Origin: an uncultured Spirochaetales bacterium
Lineage (GTDB): Bacteria > Spirochaetota > Spirochaetia > DAHUYW01
Assembly: GCA_964506755.1 (NCBI GenBank)
Contig: CAZDMH010000006.1
Location: forward strand, 31,521-95,520
Length of the DNA: 64,000 bases
Direction of reading: 5' to 3'
In this document: one piece after another, positions 46,434 through 55,731 of the stretch
How the letters are laid out: each line of letters begins with the position of its first letter
How positions within the stretch are numbered: the first letter of the stretch is position 1
Notes under the pieces: generated by a model
Seen by the model: only the letters and a program-made list of their open reading frames with translations
The model's database searches: none
Told to the model about the DNA's origin: nothing
Position numbers and translations under genes: made by a program

Positions 46434-47466
46434 TCATGGTAGCCGAGGTGTGATGGCCGCTGATGTTCAAGAAACGCATCGGGTCGATGACCTGGTTGCC
46501 AAGCCATACCTCGAAGTGGACGTGCGGACCCGTTGAGAGTCCGGTGGTGCCGAGCAACCCGATGACCTGGCCCTGTTTGACGTGCTCCCCTTCGTGAACG
46601 TAGATGCGCATCAGGTGGGCGTAGCGAGTATAGAAACCAAACGCGTGACGGAGAAAGACGTTGTTGCCGTAGCCGAGGGGTTGATAGGCCGTCGAGACGA
46701 CGACTCCGTCCGCGGCCGCCACGATCGGTGTTCCTTCGCTGTACGCTATGTCGACCCCCGTGTGGAGATACATCCGGTGGGTGAAGGGGTGGATAGCGGG
46801 TCCAAAGAAGGTCGTTATGATTCCCCGGCCGCCTTTCACGGGCCATTCTGTCGGCAGCTCTGCGAGAAGCCGTTTGTGTGATTCGTAAAAGGCCGTCACC
46901 CGCTTGACGGACTGGACCGAGCTGCTCATCACCGATGTCAGGTTTCGCAGCTCGGCAACCTCAGTGAGAGTGGTGTTCGAGCTTGCTCCCGAGACGCCCG
47001 CGAGCGCGGGGCTCGGGCCGATTTGAGGGGCATCATCAACGTTCCGGTTGCGCAGGCCCAGCGAGCTCATTGTCTGGTTCATTGCAGTTTCGAAGACACG
47101 CGATACCTGGATGAGATTGCCTACTCGGTTCTGGACCTGCTGAAGGCTGGCCTGACTATTACGAAGGCTTCCCGCACTGGACGAGAGGAGGCGGCTCATA
47201 TTGCCGATATCGGCTCTTGCGATGAACAGCACCGCGATGATCGCAGCAAAGAGCAACCCTGCGAAAACCATTGAAAAGACCGAAAGATGGAAGTTGAAGA
47301 TCTTCTTCTCAGAATAGGGGACAAGCAGAATCGTAACCCGCTGCTTGCCGAGCATGACGGCTCGACGCGCGAAGCGCCACGTTTCGTTGGCACCTGCGCG
47401 GAGCTTCCGGTTGATGCTGTCTACTATCTTACCTTCAATCTGCTTGTAATGGACAAACGGTGTCAC
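46420..47466 (-). CDS. membrane-anchored M23-family (LytM/lysostaphin-like) metallopeptidase
   Basis: N-terminal TM anchor and coiled-coil region. The C-terminal M23 domain carries HTGVDIAY and GLSTGPHVHFEV motifs. Its 3' end overlaps the CPBP gene 3' end by 14 nt. Confidence 0.85.
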   Translation of the reverse strand: MTPFVHYKQIEGKIVDSINRKLRAGANETWRFARRAVMLGKQRVTILLVPYSEKKIFNFHLSVFSMVFAGLLFAAIIAVLFIARADIGNMSRLLSSSAGSLRNSQASLQQVQNRVGNLIQVSRVFETAMNQTMSSLGLRNRNVDDAPQIGPSPALAGVSGASSNTTLTEVAELRNLTSVMSSSVQSVKRVTAFYESHKRLLAELPTEWPVKGGRGIITTFFGPAIHPFTHRMYLHTGVDIAYSEGTPIVAAADGVVVSTAYQPLGYGNNVFLRHAFGFYTRYAHLMRIYVHEGEHVKQGQVIGLLGTTGLSTGPHVHFEVWLGNQVIDPMRFLNISGHHTSATMISQD

Positions 47467-47651
47467 AGCTGCTACCTGACGGCTCTCATTGTCTTTAGAC
47501 CATATCGCTTAGGACCACACTTTTCAAGACCCGATCGGCGGGCGATCCGGCCGGAACGAGCGGGCGAGTGAGACAATACCGGCTCTCATAATTGTCGACC
47601 GGTCCGAGACGCTACTTTATCACCCTTCGCGGCGATTGTTGGAGAAAGGCA

Positions 47652-47679
47652 TTGACAACTAAAATAGTCATGATATACT
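47652..47679 (+). promoter_or_regulatory. sigma70-like promoter TTGACA-16-TATACT upstream of the GntR gene, with an overlapping imperfect inverted repeat (ATGATAT...ATCAT)
   Basis: AT-rich 250-bp intergenic region. A consensus -35 hexamer at 47652-47657 and -10 at 47674-47679. The inverted repeat overlaps the -10 and is a candidate autoregulatory GntR operator. Confidence 0.45.
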
Positions 47680-47716
47680 GTTTGAGACATCATACCACTA
47701 TACCAAAATGTGAATT

Positions 47717-48439
47717 ATGAAAAAGTACTTGCCGGTTCAGAGTGAACGCCTCTATGAACGCATTGTTGAGCAGATTGAAGCAGCCATTGCGGCCGGAGAC
47801 CTGAAAGTCGGCGAGAAACTGCCCCCCGAACGCGAGTTGGCTACACAGTTCGCCGTGAGCCGAACCGCGGTTCGGGAGGCGGTGAAGATCCTTCGCGAGA
47901 AGGGATACATCGATATTCATCCGGGGCGCGGTACCTTTGTCACCAACAAAGCCCCAAACTCAATGCGACAATCTTTCGACCTCCTCATGAAGTTCGGTTC
48001 TGTTGACGGTTCGGCGAATCTCGTGGAGGTGCGCGAAATCCTCGAGCCGGAGATAGCAGGTCTTGCCGCCACGCGGATGACCGACGAGTTCGTCGCCGAC
48101 ATGCAAGAGGCGGTGGAAACGATGGAGAGCGCCGCCGACGTCGATGTTTACGTCGAGGCCGATTTGGACTTTCACCTCGCTCTGGCGGAAGCGACGCAGA
48201 ACCCGATCATTCCCGCGCTCATGGATTCGATCATCGACCTTCTGCGCGAACAGCGCAAGCGCATCGGCCTAGCCGAAGGCGGGCTCGAGCGCGGTCAGCG
48301 TCACCACAAAGAAATCCTGGAGGCGGTGAAGCGAAAAGACTCCGAAGCTGCGCGCTCGGCAATGAAGCGTCATCTGCGGCAGGTTGCGGAGGACTCTGGA
48401 ACGACTGAATCGGACGAAGCACGTAGTAAATCTGACTGA
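47717..48439 (+). CDS. GntR-family (FadR/FCD subfamily) transcriptional regulator
   Basis: N-terminal wHTH (…ERELATQFAVSRTAVREAVKIL…) and C-terminal FCD ligand-binding domain. Confidence 0.85.
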   Translation: MKKYLPVQSERLYERIVEQIEAAIAAGDLKVGEKLPPERELATQFAVSRTAVREAVKILREKGYIDIHPGRGTFVTNKAPNSMRQSFDLLMKFGSVDGSANLVEVREILEPEIAGLAATRMTDEFVADMQEAVETMESAADVDVYVEADLDFHLALAEATQNPIIPALMDSIIDLLREQRKRIGLAEGGLERGQRHHKEILEAVKRKDSEAARSAMKRHLRQVAEDSGTTESDEARSKSD

Positions 48440-48451
48440 CTGGAGTTTCAC

Positions 48452-49333
48452 ATGGCACAATTAGGATTTATCGGCCTTGGCGTGATGGGCCGGGGACTAA
48501 CGAAACGCCTCATGGAGGCCGGGCACACGGTAACCGGCTATAATCGGACTCGTTCGAAGGCCGAGAAGCTGATCGAGCAGGGCATGAAATGGGCGGACAG
48601 TCCACGAGCAGTCGCGGAAGCCTCAGACATCACCTTCAGCATGATCGCAAACACCAAGGCCTTGGAAGCGATCTCCGAAGGTGATGACGGTCTTCTCGCA
48701 GGTCTCTCGCCCGGCAAGATCTACGTCGACATCAGCACCGTGACACCTGAAGCAAGTCGAAGGCTTGCGAAGAAGGTGGCTGAGAAGGGCGCGGCGATGC
48801 TCGATGCGCCGGTATCCGGCAGCGTCTCCACCCTCGAGGCGGGGAAGCTGACGATGATGGTCGGGGGTGACCCTGAGGTGTACGAAAAGGTCAAACCGAT
48901 CTTCCTCGACATCGGTCCGAAAGCTACTCACGTCGGTGCAAACGGCCTTGCGGTAGCGATGAAGATAGCGACGAACCTCAGTCTTGCAGTGCAGATGCTC
49001 GCATTCAGTGAGGGCGTGCTGCTTGCCGAGAAGAGCGGTATCCCGAGGACGACCGCCGTGGAGGTTCTGGTGAACAGCGTCATCGCTTCACCGATGGTGA
49101 AATACCGCGGACCGTTTGTGCTCGAGATGCCGCAGGAAGCCTGGTTCAACGTGAACATGATGCAGAAAGACCTGAACTTCGCATTGGAGCTTGGTCGGGA
49201 GCTCGATGTTCCGCTCCCGACCACTTCGTTGACGAACGAGTTTCTGACCGCCGCGCGCGGCATGGGGCTCGTCAAGCAGGACTTCGCGGTAATGTTCGAG
49301 GTCCTTGCGACTATGTCGGGGCTTGGGAAATGA
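48452..49333 (+). CDS. NAD(P)-dependent 3-hydroxyisobutyrate / 2-hydroxy-3-oxopropionate (tartronate semialdehyde) reductase family dehydrogenase
   Basis: N-terminal GFIGLGVMG Rossmann motif and HIBADH-family catalytic Lys region (…ATNLSLAVQ…). 293 aa. Confidence 0.85.
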   Translation: MAQLGFIGLGVMGRGLTKRLMEAGHTVTGYNRTRSKAEKLIEQGMKWADSPRAVAEASDITFSMIANTKALEAISEGDDGLLAGLSPGKIYVDISTVTPEASRRLAKKVAEKGAAMLDAPVSGSVSTLEAGKLTMMVGGDPEVYEKVKPIFLDIGPKATHVGANGLAVAMKIATNLSLAVQMLAFSEGVLLAEKSGIPRTTAVEVLVNSVIASPMVKYRGPFVLEMPQEAWFNVNMMQKDLNFALELGRELDVPLPTTSLTNEFLTAARGMGLVKQDFAVMFEVLATMSGLGK

Positions 49334-50334
49334 CGAAGCGCACGGAAAGCGGCGTCGTATCCGGCGCCGAATCGGTTGGAGTGGATCATTGGATTCACTG
49401 CTACGAACAGATGGCGAAGATCCGGCACTTTGAGGAGCACGTCAACCAGCTCTACATGAATGCCCTCATGCCCGGCCTGGCACATCTCTATATCGGCCAG
49501 GAAGCGGTTGCAGTCGGCATTTGCGAAGCGCTCCGGCGCGATGACTACATTACAAGCACTCATCGCGGTCATGGTCATTGTCTGGCGAAGGGGGCGGCGG
49601 TAGATCGCATGTTTGCCGAGTTGCTGGGGAAGGAGGCTGGTTATTGTCGGGGCAAAGGCGGCTCGATGCACATAGCTGATCCCGATACCGGAAACCTCGG
49701 TGCAAATGCGATCGTCGGCGGGAGCGCCGGGATTGCCACCGGCGCGGCATTTTCAGCGAAGATGAGGGGAAGCGACCAGGTCGCCGTCTGTTTCTTCGGC
49801 GAGGGAGCGCTCGGTCAAGGCATTATGTACGAGGTCATGAATATGGCGTCGCTGTGGAAGTTGCCCGTCATCTATGTCTGCGAAAACAACCTCTACAATG
49901 AATACACTCATTTTACCGAGACGCTTGCCGGAGACATCATGACGCGGGCGAAGGGGTTCGACCTTCAAGCCGAGTCTATCGAAGGGCAGGATGTCCAGGT
50001 AGTCTACGAGACCGCCAAACGGCTGGTAGCTCGTGCGCGAAAGGGTGAGGGGCCCTCCTTCCTCGAATGTCAGACCTATCGGTACTTCGGTCACCATGTC
50101 GGCGACATCAATAGAGAGTACTACCGCTCAAAAAAAGAAGAGCAGGAGTGGAAATCGAGCCATGATCCGCTCATCATTCTGGAGAACAGGCTGTTGAAAG
50201 AGGAGGACGTGGAAAAGTCGACTCTCGACAAGATACTGAAAGATGTCGAGGCCGAGGTGGAGGCCGGGGTCGTATTCGCGAAGGACACCCCCTACCCGGA
50301 CGAGCGGGAGGTTACCGAAGATGTATACGCCTAA
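49330..50334 (+). CDS. 2-oxoacid dehydrogenase E1 component alpha subunit (TPP-dependent; BCKDH/PDH/acetoin-type)
   Basis: 334 aa. A TPP-binding GDG…N motif region (…FGEGALGQG…N…) and the E1-alpha phosphorylation-loop region. Its start overlaps the upstream stop (ATGA). Confidence 0.85.
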   Translation: MTKRTESGVVSGAESVGVDHWIHCYEQMAKIRHFEEHVNQLYMNALMPGLAHLYIGQEAVAVGICEALRRDDYITSTHRGHGHCLAKGAAVDRMFAELLGKEAGYCRGKGGSMHIADPDTGNLGANAIVGGSAGIATGAAFSAKMRGSDQVAVCFFGEGALGQGIMYEVMNMASLWKLPVIYVCENNLYNEYTHFTETLAGDIMTRAKGFDLQAESIEGQDVQVVYETAKRLVARARKGEGPSFLECQTYRYFGHHVGDINREYYRSKKEEQEWKSSHDPLIILENRLLKEEDVEKSTLDKILKDVEAEVEAGVVFAKDTPYPDEREVTEDVYA

Positions 50335-50346
50335 GAAGGGAAGAAG

Positions 50347-51333
50347 ATGGCTTTGAGGGAAGTGACCTTTGGCGACGCAATCAGAGAGGCGCTCGCGGAA
50401 GAGATGCGCCTCGACGAATCGGTTTTCATAATCGGAGAAGACGTAGCCGAAGCCGGCACTCCGTTCAAGGTGTTGAGCGGGCTGGTCGATGAGTTCGGGA
50501 CAAAACGTGTCGTCGACACCCCGATCTCTGAGCTCGGTTTTTCCGGGATCGGCGTCGGTGCCGCAATGACCGGCGTACGTCCCGTCGTGGATATCATGTT
50601 CGGCGATTTTCTCGGTCTCGCCATGGATCAAATCGCCAACCAGGCCGCAAAGGTTCATTACATGTCCGGCGGAAAGCTCAAGGTTCCGATGGTCTTTCGA
50701 ACGACACTCGGGGCGACCCGTCGCTCGGCCGCCCAGCACTCGCAGAGCCTGCACGCATGGGTGAGTCACATTCCGGGTCTGAAGGTGGCTATCCCCGCCA
50801 CGCCGTACGACGCCAAGGGACTGATGAAGTCGGCGATCCGCGATGACAGTCCCGTCGTCTTCTTCGAAGACAAGATGATGTACAAGCTGAAGGGGGAGAT
50901 TCCGGACGAAGAATATGTCGTACCCTTCGGAAGTGCCGACATCAAGCGCAGCGGAACGGACATCACGTTGGTCGCAACGAGCTCGATGGTGCAGGTCGCA
51001 TTGGGCGCGGCGGCCAAGCTGGAAGGGATCGGAATAAGCGCGGAGGTGGTCGATCCGCGCACGACATCACCCCTGGACAAGGAGACCCTCATCGAGTCGG
51101 CGAAGAAGACCTCACGGGTGGTCGTTCTTGACGAAGGCTACGAGTTCTACGGAGTGACGGCGGAGATAGCGTCGGTCATTGCCGAGGGCGCCTTCTACTA
51201 TTTGGACGCTCCGGTGAAGAGAATGGGGGCTATGGACGTTCCGGTGCCGTTTTCACCGGTCTTGGAGGACATGACCGTCCCCACGGAGGAGTCGGTCTTT
51301 GAAGCGGCCAAATCACTATGCGGGAGAAGTTGA
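50347..51333 (+). CDS. 2-oxoacid dehydrogenase E1 component beta subunit
   Basis: 328 aa. Transketolase-like pyrimidine-binding and C-terminal domains (…EDVAEAGTPFKV…, …VVFFEDKMMY…). Confidence 0.85.
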   Translation: MALREVTFGDAIREALAEEMRLDESVFIIGEDVAEAGTPFKVLSGLVDEFGTKRVVDTPISELGFSGIGVGAAMTGVRPVVDIMFGDFLGLAMDQIANQAAKVHYMSGGKLKVPMVFRTTLGATRRSAAQHSQSLHAWVSHIPGLKVAIPATPYDAKGLMKSAIRDDSPVVFFEDKMMYKLKGEIPDEEYVVPFGSADIKRSGTDITLVATSSMVQVALGAAAKLEGIGISAEVVDPRTTSPLDKETLIESAKKTSRVVVLDEGYEFYGVTAEIASVIAEGAFYYLDAPVKRMGAMDVPVPFSPVLEDMTVPTEESVFEAAKSLCGRS

Positions 51334-51334
51334 G

Positions 51335-52660
51335 ATGGCAATAAAGACATATGGCACGATGGCGGTCGATTGGGAGCAACGAATCGACTTCGATCGACTT
51401 CGCAACGAACGGCTCGATCGGGTAAAGAAGCTCTTGAAAGAATCGGAGATGGGTTCGCTTCTCTGCTTCGACATGAACAATGTGCGGTACATCACTGCGA
51501 CACATATCGGTACGTGGGCCCAGGACAAGGCGAACCGATTTACGCTCCTGGCACAGGGCGACGAGCCGATTCTCTGGGACTTCGGCTCGGCGGCAAAACA
51601 CCATCAGCTCTACGCCCCGTGGCTCGGGGAGAAGCGCTCCCGTGCCGGCATCTCGATGCTGCGAGGGGCCATGACACCAGAGATGGGGCGTGCCGAGGAC
51701 GTAGCGCGCAAGATCAAGCTCGAGCTCGAAGAACGAGGTCTCGCCAAGGAACCGGTCGGAGTCGACATAGCCGAGCTGCCGGTGCTGTTTGCCCTCCAGA
51801 AGGAGGGGTTGACGATTGTCGACGGCCAGGCTCTTCTGTCGGAGGCAAGAGTCATTAAGACGCAGGACGAAATTGCGCTTCTTACCCACGCGGCAGCCCA
51901 GGTCGACGCGGCCTACGACGAGCTCTATCGAGCGATGAAACCGGGTATGCGCGAGAACGAGGCGGTTGGAATCGTCTCGAAGGTGCTGTACGACCTCGGG
52001 TCGGAGTACGTCGAGGCGGTCAATGCGATCTCCGGCGAGCGCTGCAATCCCCATCCTCACGTCTTTTCGGACCGCATGCTCAGGCCTGGCGACCCGGTCT
52101 ACTACGATATCCTTCAGTCCTATATGGGCTACCGCACATGTTACTACCGCTGCTTCTCGGTCGGATACGCCTCACATGCCATGGTAGACGCCTACAAGCG
52201 CTGCCGGGACTACCTGGACGCCGCAATCGAGCTCGTACGTCCGGGACGGACGACAGCGGAAATCGCGTCAGTGTGGCCCAAGGCGGAGGAGTTCGGATTC
52301 CCGAGCGAAGAAGCGGCCTTCGCGCTCCAGTACGGGCACGGCATCGGCCTGCAGATTTGGGAGAAGCCCGTTATCAGCCGTCTCGTATCTTTGGATCATC
52401 CAACCGAGATAAAGCCGGGAATGGTCTTTGCGCTCGAGACCTACTGGCCTTCGACCGACGGATGGAGTGCCGCCAGGATCGAGGAAGAGATCGTCGTCAC
52501 CGAAACCGGGCACGAGATCATAACTCGTTTCCCGGCCAACGATCTGATGGTGGCCGGCCACCACTACTACACTGCGACCGGCCCGCTTCCGACGACGAGA
52601 ACACACGAACCGGACAACAATTCGGAGGTCGTCAAGATGGTGGAGGCCGTGAGAGGCTAA
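51335..52660 (+). CDS. M24-family creatinase/prolidase-like protein (creatinase_N + pita-bread fold) with a partly substituted metal site
   Basis: ATG at 51335, 1 nt after the E1-beta stop, with a GGGAGAAG RBS. The pita-bread C-domain (…HGIGLQIWEKP…, …GMVFALE…, …EEEIVVTE…) is present. Its stop overlaps the E2 start (TAATG). Confidence 0.75.
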   Translation: MAIKTYGTMAVDWEQRIDFDRLRNERLDRVKKLLKESEMGSLLCFDMNNVRYITATHIGTWAQDKANRFTLLAQGDEPILWDFGSAAKHHQLYAPWLGEKRSRAGISMLRGAMTPEMGRAEDVARKIKLELEERGLAKEPVGVDIAELPVLFALQKEGLTIVDGQALLSEARVIKTQDEIALLTHAAAQVDAAYDELYRAMKPGMRENEAVGIVSKVLYDLGSEYVEAVNAISGERCNPHPHVFSDRMLRPGDPVYYDILQSYMGYRTCYYRCFSVGYASHAMVDAYKRCRDYLDAAIELVRPGRTTAEIASVWPKAEEFGFPSEEAAFALQYGHGIGLQIWEKPVISRLVSLDHPTEIKPGMVFALETYWPSTDGWSAARIEEEIVVTETGHEIITRFPANDLMVAGHHYYTATGPLPTTRTHEPDNNSEVVKMVEAVRG

Positions 52661-54141
52661 TGGCTGCCGCCGTCGTAATGCCGGCGCTGGAGATGGCGCA
52701 GGAAACCGGGGTTCTCATCCGTTGGCTCAAGCAAGCGGGAGAGAGCGTCACGAAGGGCGAACCGCTCATGGAGGTCGAAACCGACAAAGCCGCCGTCGAG
52801 ATCGAATCTCCCGGTGAGGGCGTGCTCGGCGGGATCATCGCGAACGAAGGCGACGTCGTTCCGGTCGGAAATACAATCGCCTGGATTCTCTCACCCGGCG
52901 AAGAGCCGCCGAAAGTAGAACCGGCCGCCCAGTCGGGGCGGGCCCGGAGCGGAAGCCCGCTCGGCGACAGCCCGGCTTCCGGAGAGCGCGCTCGCAGCGG
53001 GGGCCGCGATCTGTTGGGCGGTGACGGCCAGTCTCCCAGGATCGGCCGCACAGGCGGCCCTGACACACCGGCCGGAGGGCAGACGGCTCTTTCGTGGGCG
53101 GTGACCCCTTTGGCGCGCAATATCGCCGAGGAAAACGGTGTCGACCTCACGAAAGTCACGCCAACGGGAAATCGAATAGAAAAGGCTGACGTCCTCGCAT
53201 ACATGGGGGAGAGCTCCCCGGGTGGGGCCTTCGCCGCCTCGGGGACCGGCTTTGTGTCGATCGAGGGCGGGTCGACGGCCAAACTTCGACCGGCTTCGCC
53301 GAAGGCGCGCCGGCTGGCAGTCGAGCGGGGCATGGGGCTGGCATCTATCGCGGGCTCCGGACCGGAGGGCGCGGTGCTCGCGGCCGACGTCATATCTGCC
53401 GCCGAGACTCTTTCGAACCGACCGGGCATTCGTCCCGGCCGTGCAGCCGGGGCGGCGGGCATTGAGGAACCGAGCAGCTTGTGGCGCGTGATGGCGGCCC
53501 GCATGAGCGAAAGCTGGAGGACGGTGCCCCATTTCTATCTCGTGCGGGAGGTGGAGGCGAGCCGGCTCCTGGAATGGCGCGATCGCGCCGGCGGCGAGGT
53601 GGAGGATCGCACCGGTACCAGGCTGACGCTGACGGACCTTCTCGTGAAGTGCGCCGGTTGGGCGCTCCGACGGCATCCTCGCGTCAACGCGGCGTGGGCT
53701 GACGGTGCGATCAGGACCGGCGGCGAGGTGAATGTAGGTATCGCGGCGGCGCTCGACGAGGGGCTGGTTGTTCCGGTGATTCGCGGCGCGGATTGGGCGT
53801 CGCTGGTAGAGATCGCCGGACAGCGCAGCGAGTTGCTTTCACGTGCTCGCGAGCGCAAGCTGCGCCCTGAGGACATGGACAACGGGAGCTTCACGATCAC
53901 GAATCTCGGCATGTACAAGGTGGATGCCTTCAACGCGATCGTAAACCCCCCGCAAGCGGCAATCCTGGCGGTTGGAAGGATCGCCGAGAGAGTGGTGCCG
54001 ATCGAGGGAAGGGCGGTGATCCGACCGATGATGGTGATGACCCTTTCCTGCGACCATCGAGTTGTCGACGGTGTGCGGGCGGCGCAGTTTCTCGACGACC
54101 TGGCCCAAACGATAGAGGACCCCTGGAGAATGTTGATATGA
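52660..54141 (+). CDS. 2-oxoacid dehydrogenase E2 (dihydrolipoamide acyltransferase) with one lipoyl domain and two tandem peripheral-subunit-binding-like domains
   Basis: ATG at 52660; the ORF frame opens at 52138. Lipoyl-Lys motif EVETDKAAVEIES. PSBD-like TPLARNIAEENGVDLTKVTPTGNRIEKADV and SPKARRLAVERGMGLASIAGSGPEGAVLAADV. Catalytic SCDHRVVDG. Confidence 0.85.
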   Translation: MAAAVVMPALEMAQETGVLIRWLKQAGESVTKGEPLMEVETDKAAVEIESPGEGVLGGIIANEGDVVPVGNTIAWILSPGEEPPKVEPAAQSGRARSGSPLGDSPASGERARSGGRDLLGGDGQSPRIGRTGGPDTPAGGQTALSWAVTPLARNIAEENGVDLTKVTPTGNRIEKADVLAYMGESSPGGAFAASGTGFVSIEGGSTAKLRPASPKARRLAVERGMGLASIAGSGPEGAVLAADVISAAETLSNRPGIRPGRAAGAAGIEEPSSLWRVMAARMSESWRTVPHFYLVREVEASRLLEWRDRAGGEVEDRTGTRLTLTDLLVKCAGWALRRHPRVNAAWADGAIRTGGEVNVGIAAALDEGLVVPVIRGADWASLVEIAGQRSELLSRARERKLRPEDMDNGSFTITNLGMYKVDAFNAIVNPPQAAILAVGRIAERVVPIEGRAVIRPMMVMTLSCDHRVVDGVRAAQFLDDLAQTIEDPWRMLI

Positions 54142-55631
54142 GTGCACCGGAAAGGCTACGTGGATCACTTGTTGCGAAGGAAAAGAACGGGAGTGGCGAG
54201 AACCCAGCTCTCGGCGATTTCGGCTGCTACCTTGCCGGAGAGTGGAAGAAGACGGGAAACGGCGTCGACGTGCGCAGTCCCTTCGACGGCTCACTCGTCG
54301 CGGTCGTTCATCGGGCAGGAAAGGCCGAAGTCGCGTCGGCGATCGACATTGCCGTGGAGGCGTTTCGGGGGACAAGGAAGCTCCCCGCCTGGAAGAGAGC
54401 GGAGATCCTCGAAAGGACAAGTGCGGGCATCGAGGAGCGTCACGAGGAGCTCGCCCGCACGATTGCGCTCGAGGCGGGCAAGCCGATCAATACTGCGCGC
54501 GCTGAGGTAGGCCGCGCGGTCTTCACTTTCAAGGTAGCCGCGGAGGAATCGAAGCGTATCTACGGCGAGATCGTTCCCCTTGATTGGATTCCCGGCAACG
54601 AAGGGCGGGAAGCGCAGGTGCGCCGCGTCCCCCTCGGACCGGTCGTCGGCATCAGTCCCTTCAACTATCCGCTGAATCTGGTCGCGCACAAGGTGGCGCC
54701 CGCCCTGGCGGCGGGCAACCCCATCATCCTTCGGCCTGCCAGCCAGACTCCGGTGAGCGCACTGAAGCTTGCCGAGATCATCGGCCAATCCGGCTGGCCG
54801 CGCGAGGCCTTCAGCGTACTGCCGAGCTCTACCGCGGACGCCGCTCAGCTGGTCGAAGACGAACGCATCAAGCTTCTGACCTTTACGGGGAGCCCGGCCG
54901 TCGGCTGGGCACTGAAGAGCAGAGCCGGACGAAAGAAGATCACGCTCGAGTTGGGAGGCAACGCCGGGGTGATCGTGCACAGGGACGCCGATGTCAAGTT
55001 TGCCGCCGAGCGGGTGGTGTGGGGCGGATTCTCCTATTCGGGGCAATCCTGTGTTTCAGTCCAACGCGTCTATCTTCACGAAGAGATTTATGAAGACTTC
55101 GTCGCTGAGCTCGTCCCACGGGTAAAGAAGCTGAAAGTGGGTAACCCCCTGGATGAGGAAACTGACGTGGGTCCGGTGATTGATGACCAAGCGGCGGAGC
55201 GGGTTCAAGAATGGGTCGAAGAGGCCGAACGAGACGGCGCAGAGGTTCTCGCCGGCGGGCGTCGAGAGGGCAATATCTGGCGTCCGACCGTGCTGGCGAA
55301 TCTGCAACCGCAGATGCGAGTCTGCTGTCAGGAGGTTTTTGCCCCTTTGATCGGGCTGTATCGGTATACCGACGTGCAGGAGGCCATTCGGGCGGTGGAT
55401 GACAGCGAGTTCGGACTCCAGGCAGGGCTTTTCACGAACGACTGGGGCGTGATCCGATCTGCATTTGACGAGATCGAAGTCGGCGGGCTGATGGTCAACG
55501 ACGTGTCCACTTTCCGGGTCGACCATATGCCCTACGGCGGTGTGAAGCAGTCGGGAACGGGGCGGGAGGGCCTTCGCTACGCAATCGAAGAGATGAGCGA
55601 GATGAAGCTTCTTACGATGAATACGCGCTGA
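54138..55631 (+). CDS. NAD(P)+-dependent aldehyde dehydrogenase
   Basis: 497 aa. ALDH Glu active-site block LELGGNAG and Cys block GQSCVSVQR. Its start overlaps the E2 stop (ATGA). Confidence 0.85.
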   Translation: MSAPERLRGSLVAKEKNGSGENPALGDFGCYLAGEWKKTGNGVDVRSPFDGSLVAVVHRAGKAEVASAIDIAVEAFRGTRKLPAWKRAEILERTSAGIEERHEELARTIALEAGKPINTARAEVGRAVFTFKVAAEESKRIYGEIVPLDWIPGNEGREAQVRRVPLGPVVGISPFNYPLNLVAHKVAPALAAGNPIILRPASQTPVSALKLAEIIGQSGWPREAFSVLPSSTADAAQLVEDERIKLLTFTGSPAVGWALKSRAGRKKITLELGGNAGVIVHRDADVKFAAERVVWGGFSYSGQSCVSVQRVYLHEEIYEDFVAELVPRVKKLKVGNPLDEETDVGPVIDDQAAERVQEWVEEAERDGAEVLAGGRREGNIWRPTVLANLQPQMRVCCQEVFAPLIGLYRYTDVQEAIRAVDDSEFGLQAGLFTNDWGVIRSAFDEIEVGGLMVNDVSTFRVDHMPYGGVKQSGTGREGLRYAIEEMSEMKLLTMNTR

Positions 55632-55731
55632 ATGCGCCAAGATCAAAGAGGGAGGAGGTGAGATACGAGTTCCGTTTGTCTTCCATAGTTTCAATTGAGC
55701 CGGGTTCGAAGAACCCGATGGAGGTAAAAAG

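Noticed and set aside
52138-52659. 174-codon upstream extension of the E2 frame, and antisense ORFs 52632..53504 (290 aa) and 52891..53676 (261 aa)
   Set aside because: The extension overlaps the M24 gene and is Arg/Gly-rich. The antisense ORFs coincide with the GC-rich Ala/Pro linker of E2, which is a classic source of spurious reverse-strand ORFs.
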